From Dictyostelium discoideum (taxonomy: Eukaryota), in the NCBI GenBank assembly GCA_000004695.1, contig CM000153.2:3616001-3680000 (forward strand): DNA of 64,000 nucleotides. Reading direction: 5' to 3'. Below, piece after piece: positions 16,173 through 43,882 of the stretch (position 1 is its first letter; every line of letters starts with the position of its first letter). The position numbers and the translations under genes are program-made. The notes beneath the pieces are model-generated. The model was not told the DNA's origin. It was given only the letters and a program-made list of their open reading frames with translations, and searched no databases.

Positions 16173-16779
16173 GGGAAAAATTTTTTTAATTTTTTTTTTA
16201 TTTTTTATTATTTTTTTTTGTGTTCACATTTTTTAAATTAATCTTTTTAATTTTTTATTTTTTTTTTTTTTTATTTTTTTTTTTTATTTTTTTTTTTTTT
16301 TTAAAGTTAATTGGAATAAAAAAAATCTTTTCTTTTATTTCAAAACACCAATCAGAGCCACATGATTGCTGCACACCAGGTAACCAATGCTTCCCAGAAA
16401 AAAGGAAATTCAAAACAAAGTGTAGACACTCGTCATGCAATAAGTTCCTAATTACCAATCACCTCAGAAGACATGAGGAGTGCTTGTCTCATAAAAATAA
16501 TAAATGTAAAGACCAATTTTGCTAAATCATTATCTAATTTGAAATATTTGCCATGTTGTATGTTTTGTAGAGACTATCCAATAAAACTTTAAATTCTGCT
16601 TCTTGATGTTGTTGTTGTTGTTCTACTTCTTCCATTATTTGTTTAATATAATATTTGTTTACGCTTGTTTAATGTTTAAAAATAATGAATTTTTATTTTT
16701 AAAAAAAAAAACTCTTTTACAACGATTTAAATACATTTTTTTTTTATTTTTTTATTTTCACAATTATATTCAATTAAAA

Positions 16780-16992
16780 ATGGAAAATATGAACATGAAT
16801 AAAGAATTAATACAACAACAAACAGATAAACTCGAATACTACTATAATTTAATGTTGGAGAAACTATGCAATATGGTTATCGCTTCAAATGCATCCGAAG
16901 TTCATGAAATTACTAGATCTTTTTGTGAAGTTTTATCCGATTATAAAAAATATACAGATGGTAAAAACATATTCAATAGTTACACGGAATAG
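16780..16992 (+). CDS. Small hypothetical protein (about 70 aa), possibly a single-exon gene
   Basis: ATG at 16780 (MENMNMNKELIQQQTDKLEYYYNLMLEKLCNMVIASNASEVHEITRSFCEVLSDYKKYTDGKNIFNSYTE). Moderately complex composition. No homology recognised. Confidence 0.25.
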   Translation: MENMNMNKELIQQQTDKLEYYYNLMLEKLCNMVIASNASEVHEITRSFCEVLSDYKKYTDGKNIFNSYTE

Positions 16993-17397
16993 TAGAAAAA
17001 GATAAAAATAAAATTTTTTACACTCTCTATTATAAAAAATCTATAAATAGCACACACATGCCCTGTTTGGCATTTTACAAAATAAAAAATTTTTAAAAAA
17101 TTTTTAAAAAAATTAAAATTAAAAAAAAAAATTAAAATTAAAATTTGGATATAAAATATTTTTTTTTTTTGAAATAATATACTAAATCCATATTAAATAT
17201 AAATAAAATTAAATCATTGTTTTAAAAATAAATGAAAAATGAAAATTAAAATATAATGGATTCAATTTTTTTTTTTTTTTATTTTTTTTATTTTTTTTTT
17301 TTTTTTATTACTATTATTATTTTTCTTTTTTCATTTTTTTTCTTATTTATTATTTTATTATTTTTTCACTATTATTATGGTTTTTAAATAATATTTT

Positions 17398-19701
17398 TTA
17401 ATACATAATTTGATTCTTTTTAATAAATTTTAAAAGTGAGACATTGTTTGAATTCTCCTCGAAATTAATATTTTTGTCAAATGGTAACAATAAATCTTGA
17501 GTAAAGAATAAAAACATATCGATACTACCTGTGTTTATAATAAATTTATACATCTGAGATAATTGCAAATTAGAGGATATAATTGAAGGTTCATTTTTTG
17601 AAGAATCGGTTTCACTAATATTGAATACCCAAGGATAATTTTGTTTTAAATATTTGAATATATGTAATTTACCAGAACAAATTACATTTGTAAATAGTTG
17701 ACTTAAATAGAATTGTTTTTCAACATTTTGAGATTTATCTTTGAAATAATTTGACATTAAATATTCTAATTGATCTACATCATTTAAAACTCTATTCAAA
17801 ATAAAAGAGATTGAAACCGATTCAATTGGCGCACCAATTGGAAGTGCTTCTTGAATTGATTGGTTAAATGTTGAAAATCTCATTCTTTGTTGATTGGTTA
17901 AAATGAATTTCTTCAATTGTGGATCATTGGATTTTTCTACCATTGAGTTATGGTTCATTACAAATTCCAATAAAACATTTTCATCTTCAATTCCCATAGT
18001 TTTATCCCAATGGTTAACATCGATCTTGACTAATGGAGTTTCATTAATTAAGTATTTCAAATCATCAATTCCATAAAGGTCCATGATTCCCCATTGTTTA
18101 TAATTATTGAAAAAACATGATTGAAATTCGGTATAGTTTGAATATAAATATTTAAAACCTTTTAATGTAGTTGTATGATGATAATAATTCATTGGTTTCA
18201 TCTTTTCAATTGTTTGTGAGCCAAATTGATATTCTAAGAATTCTCCATAATAAGTTTCATCATCATTTGTTTTAAATACTAAATGTTTAAAGCATTCATC
18301 ATACAATTCTCTATGATTTGATTTAAAATTTTCAAGTAATTCAATTCTTCCAGTTTTTACCAATCTTTTGATAATATTATGTAAAGGTGTTGTTTTCTTT
18401 AAATATTCAATATCGATGAATTGTAAAATGTATTCAAATATTTCATTTGATTTTACATAATCAATAAAATCGATTGGAATTTGATTTTTACCATTTACAA
18501 ATAATCCTTGATGAACCATTTTAAGATAATCTAAATTATCATAATCGACCATTAAATTGAAAAATGTATCTGGTGATAATGTTTTTCTAAGTTTAATTTC
18601 ATTTGATTTTTTAGATAATTCATCAACTGATAAAGTGGTTAAATTACTTGATGGTTGATTTAATTTTTCAATTAATAAATTAATAAATGAAATTTGTCTA
18701 TCTTTATCAGATTTAATAAAATTAAAAATTTGATTATTTGGTTTTCTATTTTTAACAAGATTAAAATCTAATACACCAAATTCCAATGGATCAATATCTA
18801 AATTTACATGTTCAGATTCTAATTTGATTTTTGAATATTTATATTGATAAGAGGTAAAATTCTCACTATATCCATATTGACCTGAAAATGGTAAAATCAT
18901 TCTAATTAAATTTTCAACTCTTTCATCATTTATACTAAAAGAACCAACCAATTGTTTTAATTCCTGATCGGTAAAGTTCATTTCACTCAACTCTTCTTTT
19001 GATAATAATTTAAATGGTTTCTCTAATGATGTTAAATAATTATAATATTTTAAAAGTGAAACAACATCAAAGTTTAACTCTTGTTTATCTTCAATGGTTT
19101 TATTTGTACCATTTGATAAATCATTCATAAAGTTTATGAAACCATTCAATTGATTTGAAAATTCAACAATTTTACAACAAGTTGTAAATAATGTTGATAA
19201 TGAAATTTTAAATAAATTTCTATGACTGATTAATATTGGTACAATTGAAATTGAATTTAAATCAGTTGTGATGATTTTACTTGCTTTACCATCTTCGTTA
19301 AAGAATTTAACTAAATCAGTGGTAATTGATTTATGATTTTCATTTAAATAATCTGAAATTTTGAATTTTGAATTTTTAATTGAATCAATTAAATAGCTTG
19401 GTGTTGGTTGATAATTAAATTCATTAATTAAAACTTTTAATGCAATTACATTTTCAAATGTTAAAATTTTATTTTCAGCTGTTGAATCTTTGGAAAATAA
19501 AAAATCGTTTGGATAGTTTTTAAATAAATTCTTATAGAATTCATAATCAAACTCGTCTCTTTGATTAAAAATTGAATATATATTTTGAGTTTCTTTAAAA
19601 AATAAATAATCACCATTATTAACTTTATTTTTTAATAATTCAATCTCTCCATTTTTAATCATTGACTCTACTGAAAAGTTTTGGTTGATATTTTTTGTCA
19701 T
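17398..19701 (-). CDS. Hypothetical 767-aa protein, single exon, with weak ankyrin-like repeats
   Basis: Long uninterrupted minus-strand ORF starting MTKNINQNFSVESMIKNGEIELLKNK. Dictyostelium codon bias. No confident family assignment. Confidence 0.5.
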   Translation of the reverse strand: MTKNINQNFSVESMIKNGEIELLKNKVNNGDYLFFKETQNIYSIFNQRDEFDYEFYKNLFKNYPNDFLFSKDSTAENKILTFENVIALKVLINEFNYQPTPSYLIDSIKNSKFKISDYLNENHKSITTDLVKFFNEDGKASKIITTDLNSISIVPILISHRNLFKISLSTLFTTCCKIVEFSNQLNGFINFMNDLSNGTNKTIEDKQELNFDVVSLLKYYNYLTSLEKPFKLLSKEELSEMNFTDQELKQLVGSFSINDERVENLIRMILPFSGQYGYSENFTSYQYKYSKIKLESEHVNLDIDPLEFGVLDFNLVKNRKPNNQIFNFIKSDKDRQISFINLLIEKLNQPSSNLTTLSVDELSKKSNEIKLRKTLSPDTFFNLMVDYDNLDYLKMVHQGLFVNGKNQIPIDFIDYVKSNEIFEYILQFIDIEYLKKTTPLHNIIKRLVKTGRIELLENFKSNHRELYDECFKHLVFKTNDDETYYGEFLEYQFGSQTIEKMKPMNYYHHTTTLKGFKYLYSNYTEFQSCFFNNYKQWGIMDLYGIDDLKYLINETPLVKIDVNHWDKTMGIEDENVLLEFVMNHNSMVEKSNDPQLKKFILTNQQRMRFSTFNQSIQEALPIGAPIESVSISFILNRVLNDVDQLEYLMSNYFKDKSQNVEKQFYLSQLFTNVICSGKLHIFKYLKQNYPWVFNISETDSSKNEPSIISSNLQLSQMYKFIINTGSIDMFLFFTQDLLLPFDKNINFEENSNNVSLLKFIKKNQIMY

Positions 19702-20501
19702 TTTTGTGTTTTTTTGATTTGATCTTTTTTGAAAAAAATAATAATAAAAATGTGTTTTTTTTTTTTAATAAAATATAAAATAAATAATATTGTATTTGTA
19801 AATAATAATTTTTTGATTTTGATTTGGAATGATTAAAAAAAAAAAAAAAAATTCTTTTATAGCTGGATTTGTTCAAATTTTTGGGTTGGAATTTTGTAAT
19901 TTTTATGACGTGCTGAGGTGGGAAAAAAAAAATTTCAAAAAATAAAAAAAATTAAATAAATTTAAAAATGTGGGTCCACATCTTTATGTGAAATCCACGT
20001 GGAGGCTCGGTGAAGTTCATTGAAATTAATCAATACGATATTGATTACGTGGAAAAAAAAAAAATAATAAATAAAACAAAAAAAAAAAAAAGTAAGAGAA
20101 AATAAAGAAAATAAAAATAAATATTGATTTTTAATTTCCACTTTTTTCATAAAAATTAAAAATTTTGGGTGCGTGAGTGTAATGGTGAAAGTGGGGATAT
20201 TTTTATTTTTCAAACACAAATATAAATATCAAAATGATCTAATCATTTAAAATTAAAAATAAAACCACGTTTAAAAAAATAATAACAAAAATAATAATAA
20301 AAATAATAATAAAAACAATAATAAAAAACAAAGATTTAACTGTACTATTTTTTATTATTTTAATTTTCTCAAAAAAAAAAAATAAATAAAAAAAAAAATA
20401 AAAAAAAAAAAAAAAAAATTTTTGGGAACCGTCGGTTTTTTTTTTTTTTTTTTTTTTTTTTCTAATCAATTTCTTTTGGTAAATTTAATAAAAAAAAAAA
20501 A

Positions 20502-21632
20502 ATGAGCACAAATACAACAACAACAAATGCAACACCAGAATTAGCAAAAGAATCAGTATTTTTTCAATCAAATCATGAAGATTTAAAGAATAGACCAAAA
20601 GTTAGAGGTTATGATTTTAATGAAGGAGTTGATTTTAGTAAATTATTTGAAACATATAAGACGATTGGTTATCAAGCATCAGCAGTTGGAGAAGCAATAG
20701 ATGAAATTAATAGAATGATTTCATGGCGTTTAGTTGATGAACCATTAAAAGAAGGTGAAGATGATGACGAAGAAAGAAAAGTAACCAGATGTAAAATCTT
20801 TTTAGGATATACAAGTAATTTAGTATCTTCAGGTGTTAGAGAGATCATTAGATATTTGGTACAACATTCAATGGTTGATGTTATTGTTTCAACAGCAGGT
20901 GGTGTTGAAGAGGATTTCATTAAATGTTTAGCACCAACCTATATGGGTGAATTCCATTTAGAGGGTGAAAAACTTCGTAGAAAAGGGTTGAATAGAATTG
21001 GTAATCTTTTAGTTCCAAATGATAACTATTGCAAATTTGAAGATTGGATTATGCCAATTTTAGACCAAATGGTTGAAGAACAAAAAACCAAAGGTACCGT
21101 TTGGACACCATCTCGTGTTATCAATAGATTGGGTAAAGAAATCAATCATGAAGATTCAATTTATTATTGGGCTTGGAAGAATGATATCCCAGTTTACAGT
21201 CCAGCTCTTACCGATGGTAGCATTGGTGATATGATGTATTTCCATAGTTACAATACTCCAGGTTTAGTATTAGATATCATTAGTGATATTCGTGCAATCA
21301 ATAATCATGCTGTCTATAGTAAAAAAAGTGGTATGATCATTTTAGGTGGTGGTGTAATTAAACATCATATCTGTAATGCTAATCTCTTTAGAAATGGTGC
21401 TGACTATTCCGTTTTTGTAAACACTGGTAATGAATTTGATGGTAGTGACAGTGGTGCTCGTCCTGATGAAGCCGTCTCTTGGGGTAAAATTAAATTAGAT
21501 GCTAAACCAGTAAAAGTTTACTCTGAAGCTTCAATTGTTTTCCCAATTTTAGTTGCTGAAACTTTTGCTAAAACTTTTAAAAAGAAATCACCAGAAGAAT
21601 TAAAATTAAATAAAAGATCAATTTTTGATTAA
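20502..21632 (+). CDS. dhps: Deoxyhypusine synthase, single exon, 376 aa
   Basis: Collinear with DHS: [91 protein letters not shown], and the conserved [18 protein letters not shown]-terminal block. Confidence 0.9.
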   Translation: MSTNTTTTNATPELAKESVFFQSNHEDLKNRPKVRGYDFNEGVDFSKLFETYKTIGYQASAVGEAIDEINRMISWRLVDEPLKEGEDDDEERKVTRCKIFLGYTSNLVSSGVREIIRYLVQHSMVDVIVSTAGGVEEDFIKCLAPTYMGEFHLEGEKLRRKGLNRIGNLLVPNDNYCKFEDWIMPILDQMVEEQKTKGTVWTPSRVINRLGKEINHEDSIYYWAWKNDIPVYSPALTDGSIGDMMYFHSYNTPGLVLDIISDIRAINNHAVYSKKSGMIILGGGVIKHHICNANLFRNGADYSVFVNTGNEFDGSDSGARPDEAVSWGKIKLDAKPVKVYSEASIVFPILVAETFAKTFKKKSPEELKLNKRSIFD

Positions 21633-21933
21633 ATTTAATAGGATTTCAAAAGAAAAAAAAATTAAAAAAAATAAAAAAATAAAAATTAGATATAATTCAT
21701 TTTTTAATAAAATAATTTAAAATTAATAATTATCTCTTATTTTTAGAATTATTTAGTAGATATATTATTTATTTATTTTTTGAACATGCGAATAATTTCT
21801 AGAAATATTTCTTAACAAAATATTTTTTTTTTTTTTTATCTGAAAAATAGATATTTTTTTTGATGGTTATTTTTAGGTTTTTTTTTTTCACAGTGGCACA
21901 AATTTTAGAAACAAAGATATTTAAAAAAAAAAT

Positions 21934-21964
<31 letters not shown>

Positions 21965-22133
21965 TGATGACTTTCGTTTTTGAATTTTTTTTTTTTTTTT
22001 TTTATTTTTTTTATTTTTCAATCATCACCAAAATATAAAAAAATAAAATATAAAAGTATAAAAAAATAAAATAAAAAAAAAAAAAAAAGAAATTGCATAT
22101 TTGCAATTTTATTTGTATAATAAAAAAAAAAAA

Positions 22134-39523
<17,390 letters not shown>

Positions 39524-40016
39524 AAAAAAAAATAAAAAATATAATGAAAATAAAATAAAAATAGAATGACAAAAAAAAAAAAAAAAAAAAAATTATTGAA
39601 ATAAAAAATAATTGTAAATGGTATTTTTCATTTTTTTAATTTTTTTTTTTTAATTTTTTACCACACCAATGATTTAAATCTCACAAACAAGATAAACTGT
39701 TTTTTTTTTTTGGAATTTTTTTTTTTTTTTTTATTATTTTTTGTAAGTGGGGTGTGAGATTTAAATCATTGGGCTATGTTGGGGTTGAAAAAAACGGTTT
39801 TTTTGGATTATTTTCACACAAGCTGTTTTTTTTTGGTGTGGTAAAAAATTAAAAAACTTCTCATTTATGAACGACAAGGGCATGATTAATTGAAAAAAGA
39901 GTATATTTTCATTTCCCAACAGAAAATATCATTATCACACACTTAATCTAGATATTAGAAAATTTATAATTATTTGAATAATAAAAATTATTATATTAAT
40001 TTTATTATTTTAAATT

Positions 40017-40047
<31 letters not shown>

Positions 40048-40148
40048 GTTTTTATCATTAAAAAAAAAACTATAAAAAGAAATTTTTTTTGTTTTCTTTT
40101 CATTAAATAAATTTCAAAAGTAAAAGGTATAGTATTAAAAATTAAAAA

Positions 40149-40978
40149 ATGTCTGTTGATGCAAATAAAGTAAAATTCTTCTTTGGTAAAAACTGCACTG
40201 GTGAATCATTTGAATACAACAAAGGTGAAACTGTAAGATTCAACAATGGTGATAAATGGAATGATAAATTCATGTCATGTTTGGTTGGTTCAAATGTTAG
40301 ATGTAACATTTGGGAGCATAATGAAATTGGTAAGTATTTATAAATATTTTCTATTTTTATAAATTATAAATAATATTAATAGGTTTAATTTATTATTATT
40401 ATTTTAATTTTAAAATATAGATACTCCAACTCCAGGAAAATTCCAAGAATTGGCTCAAGGCAGTACAAACAATGATTTAACCTCAATAAATGGTCTTTCA
40501 AAGTTCCAAGTCTTACCAGGAGCTTTTCAATGGGCAGTTGATGTTAAAATTGTCAACAAAGTTAATTCAACTGCTGGTTCATATGAAATGACCATTACTC
40601 CATACCAAGTTGATAAGGTTGCTTGCAAAGATGGTGATGACTTTGTTCAATTGCCAATTCCAAAACTTACTCCACCAGATTCTGAAATTGTTAGCCATTT
40701 AACAGTTCGTCAAACACATACACCATATGACTATGTAAGTTTATTATTATTATTATTATGATTATTATTAAATATATAATTAATTTCTCTTTTATTAATT
40801 TTTAATTTTTATCTTTCTATAAATAAAAAAGGTTGTAAATGGAAGTGTTTACTTTAAATACTCCCCAACAACTGGCCAAGTTACAGTTATTAAAAAAGAT
40901 GAGACATTCCCAAAGAATATGACTGTTACACAAGATGATAATACATCTTTCATCTTTAACTTAAACTCTGAAAAATAA
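40149..40978 (+). CDS. cadA: Calcium-dependent cell adhesion molecule 1 (DdCAD-1/gp24). Exons 40149..40329, 40421..40734, 40832..40978; 213 aa.
   Basis: [60 protein letters not shown]|[14 protein letters not shown]... matches my recollection of DdCAD-1 (betagamma-crystallin-like N-domain followed by an Ig-like domain; 213 aa). GTAAGT donors at 40330 and 40735. Acceptors TATAG (40419/20) and AAAAAG (40830/31). Phases are consistent. Confidence 0.75.
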
Positions 40979-41052
40979 AACAATATGTTTTTTTTTCTCT
41001 TTAAGAAAACTTTAAATAATAAAATTATGAATTTCAGAAATTATTTAGGTCT

Positions 41053-41297
41053 TATTTTTATTTTATTTTTTTTTTTATTTGTTTCGATATTGGCTTAATT
41101 TGTAAATAACTTCATGTACACCAACGATATGACAAATTAAAATTGGGTCATTGCGATGGTGTTAAGAGATGTTTTATAGGCTCAGGGTTTCTAATTAGAA
41201 AATAAATCAGAAGTCAATAAAATTTCTTCAACTGGATCTTGGTGAAACGAAAGTGGTCTAATTTAATTATTTTTATTTATTTTTATGGAAGCGGGAA

Positions 41298-41331
<34 letters not shown>

Positions 41332-42425
41332 ACCTCAACCAATTAGGCAGTGTCTGAGTTTTATTTAATTTTATTTTGGTAGTATTTAAAAATTCTTAAT
41401 TATTTATGTAATTAGTATTGAATGAACAATAATGAACTAAATGTTCTGGTACATAAGTTCTCATTAATTGTGAATTCCAAGAGTGACTAAATTTTTCTAG
41501 CTTTTTCATTATTTTCCAAGTGTAGTCTAAATGAGGGTCTTTATTTCCAATCTTCTTAAATGATCTATTACTTTTAAAACGAAAGTATGGCGGGTCTTGA
41601 CGGCTTCTGTTGTGCCGTACCGGGGTGTCATGTCGGCCGTTTGTGCCGTCGGATGGTTTTGAAAACTACCTCCCCAGATTCGATTATAGTATTATAATCC
41701 CTCATTTCGGAGTTTTTAATTGCGGTACTTATTGGTCTGGTTATACATGTCTGAGGAGATTTTTGCTTTAACCCATCAATATGAGCAGTGTTTATTACTT
41801 CCTACTCTTGATCTAGGTCCTCTATGTTTATTACAAGCCAACAGGATATCGAACCGTTGTCCTAGGGTGTGCGTCGGTATTTACCTATCAGTGCCCTTCA
41901 AAGCGGGAAATTTTTTTTTTTTTTGAATTGGATAACGCAATTATTGGTTGCTTCTCCTTGAGATGCTAGATCTCATTTATTTTAGTATTTTTACAGGGTC
42001 TCTAAAAGAGGGGTTAGTTTACTTTTTTTTTTTTTTTTTTTTGTTTCTAATTTTGAATTGTATTATTACTTTTGATTAAAACATCTTTTTTGTCCAAACT
42101 TTTTTCAAAAACTTTTTTTATTTTATCGTCTGGCGACAGTTTGGCGGGTCTTGAAGTTGATGGTGTGACGAATACCCAACCTCCACTCATACTATCGGTG
42201 AAACCTTAAGCCACTTTCGTGACCGACACTCGCTCTCATCTCTCGCGCCACTCACTCGCCATTCGTCTTTATATATATTTTTACTTTTATCGACTTACTT
42301 TGTGTGAGCGCGATACCCCCTGTCTCCTTCCCGTTACTTGAAGTGTCTCGCCAGTGTACCACACGTTTACTATTGCAGTGACTGACTAACCAACGGCTTG
42401 CACTATCAGGGCCAATAAGCGGGAA
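41053..42425 (-). mobile_element. Tandem array of at least three short poly(A)-terminated retroelement units in minus orientation (U2 42425..41914, U1 41913..41293, U0 41292..~41053), head-to-head with the tRNA-Tyr gene. Probably TRE5-type (upstream tRNA-targeting) module-only derivatives.
   Basis: On the minus strand each unit begins ATTTCCCGCTT and ends in oligo(A), seen as 14-36-nt T-runs on plus at 41293-41328 and 41914-41927. U1 and U2 share an internal TCAAGACCCGCCA motif, have atypically GC-rich bodies, and carry no long ORF. The array's 5' end lies 33 bp from the tRNA start. The family name is recalled, not tested. Confidence 0.5.
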
Positions 42426-42458
42426 ATATGAAGCCAAAAAATAATTTAATTTCATCAA

Positions 42459-42541
42459 CCGGCTTTGGCGCAATGGTAGCGCGATTGACTGTAGTAATTA
42501 AAGTGATCAATCGGTTGCTAGTTCGAATCTGGCAAGCCGGA
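42459..42541 (+). tRNA. tRNA-Tyr (anticodon GUA) with an 11-nt intron (42495..42505) one base 3' of the anticodon
   Basis: Acceptor stem CCGGCTT/AAGCCGG. D-arm GCGC-AATGGTA-GCGC. Anticodon stem ATTGA/TCAAT with loop CTGTAG[intron]A. T-arm GCTAG-TTCGAAT-CTGGC. Discriminator A. T6 run immediately 3'. Eukaryotic tRNA-Tyr genes canonically carry an intron at 37/38. Confidence 0.85.
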
Positions 42542-42542
42542 C

Positions 42543-42548
42543 TTTTTT
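42543..42548 (+). terminator. RNA polymerase III terminator (T6) for tRNA-Tyr
   Basis: cTTTTTTaaaaaaa directly after discriminator base. Confidence 0.8.
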
Positions 42549-42565
42549 AAAAAAATTTAAAGCCA

Positions 42566-42578
42566 AGGGTTCGATTCC
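42566..42578 (+). promoter_or_regulatory. External B box (ex-B) downstream of the tRNA gene
   Basis: AGGGTTCGATTCC matches the B-box consensus GGTTCGANTCC, about 25 bp 3' of the tRNA. Many D. discoideum tRNA genes carry such an extra TFIIIC site, which is implicated in TRE3 targeting. Confidence 0.6.
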
Positions 42579-42808
42579 TTGTAAAAAATGGTAGAATGAA
42601 AAAAGTCGAAACACACATGATCATGACTGTCACTTGCTGCTAAACCGTACCGCTATCAAGAGGATACAAGATACACGTGAAAAGTAATTCATCCTTTTCT
42701 ATCCTTAATCTCGGTCAATTTTAACCAATCTTTCGAAAAAAATCACCAATCCACCACGATCTACAGATCTAACTTACCAAATCGCCGATTCAAAGGAATC
42801 CCATCGAG

Positions 42809-43882
42809 ATGAATTCCTACGCAGACGCGGCTAAAATGGCCAACCCCTCCACCCATATGGACGAGGCATCGGAGAACTTCATTAAGGAATTCTCCACAAA
42901 AACAGCAGAGATAAAGGAAACTTACCCCAAACTATCAATAGGCCTCAAAGACATCTCCAAATACTGCGAGACCATATTGAACATGACTGCGCTCTCAACC
43001 TACGAGAAGAACAACGGATTCTACCCAATTACACTCGAATTCCCCAAAATGGATCTCAAGGGGTTAGAAGAAATGAGAAAAACACTCTCAAACTACGATA
43101 TCCCAATCGACAAGATATACATAGGCAAAGGAACTAGAAAAATGATCCACCTGATGATTAAAAACGAACAATCTCTCCTAAATATCATTAGAGATAGAAG
43201 CAAATTGGGAACCTTCATCACCTCCAGTAGAGACTTCCACGTCCTCACAGGAAGAGTAAGAATTCCCAGAGAAAAGGCAGGAATAGTGGACGCCCTCATC
43301 AAAACTGCCTTTGCAGAAGAAATACCCTATGCAATATACAATACTATATACTCCACCGACCACCTCATAGTATTCGGTCTAATAGAATGCAAAATAGGCG
43401 ATCAAATGAAATCTGGCCAACACATTACAGAAATCGCAAACTTTACCATCAGAACGGCCACCAAAACCTACTCCTCACAAAAGAAAAACAAGAAAGTAGA
43501 GACAAACAACACGGAGGAACCATTAGAAGATGAGATGACAGATCCTCCTAACACTCAAAACAGGATAGCAATCAAATCCTCTCAACCAAAACCACAACAA
43601 CAAACAAACAACTCAGCAAACAATCAGTCTGATAAACAATCAACACAAGAGAAAAAAGCTCAAGCAAAAAAGTCATCTCAACCTCTTCCCCCCAAAAACC
43701 CAGCAGAATTTCAATCTGTCAAACCCACCACAACCACTACCACAACATCCAACGCCATCCAAAAAGACAATGCCAACAAAACAAGCACTAACATCCATTC
43801 ATCCTCGGAAAACAGAGAGAAGACACTAAACATCCCTCCAACTATACACCGAATTTCAAAAACAAAACGACTACAACAATAA
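42809..43882 (+). CDS. Retrotransposon ORF1 protein (357 aa)
   Basis: ATG-initiated ORF with elevated GC. Basic/Ser/Thr/Gln-rich C-terminus. Position and composition as expected for TRE ORF1. No cellular homolog recognised. Confidence 0.6.
   Translation: MNSYADAAKMANPSTHMDEASENFIKEFSTKTAEIKETYPKLSIGLKDISKYCETILNMTALSTYEKNNGFYPITLEFPKMDLKGLEEMRKTLSNYDIPIDKIYIGKGTRKMIHLMIKNEQSLLNIIRDRSKLGTFITSSRDFHVLTGRVRIPREKAGIVDALIKTAFAEEIPYAIYNTIYSTDHLIVFGLIECKIGDQMKSGQHITEIANFTIRTATKTYSSQKKNKKVETNNTEEPLEDEMTDPPNTQNRIAIKSSQPKPQQQTNNSANNQSDKQSTQEKKAQAKKSSQPLPPKNPAEFQSVKPTTTTTTTSNAIQKDNANKTSTNIHSSSENREKTLNIPPTIHRISKTKRLQQ

Noticed and set aside
16527-16640. Short minus-strand ORF MEEVEQQQQHQEAEF...
   Set aside because: Only 33 codons; no splice partners found; likely chance.
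39900-39925. DUSE-like motif (TCCCAACA) that might mark a Pol III/snRNA-type promoter
   Set aside because: Does not match the [AT]CCCA[CT]AA consensus at the critical positions.
40450-40761. ORF track entry MAQGSTNN... as a separate gene
   Set aside because: It is the internal exon 2 of cadA; the M is an artefactual TTG start. The true exon begins at 40421 after a splice.
43093-43363. Minus-strand ORFs inside retrotransposon ORF1
   Set aside because: Antisense to a much longer ORF with coherent codon usage.
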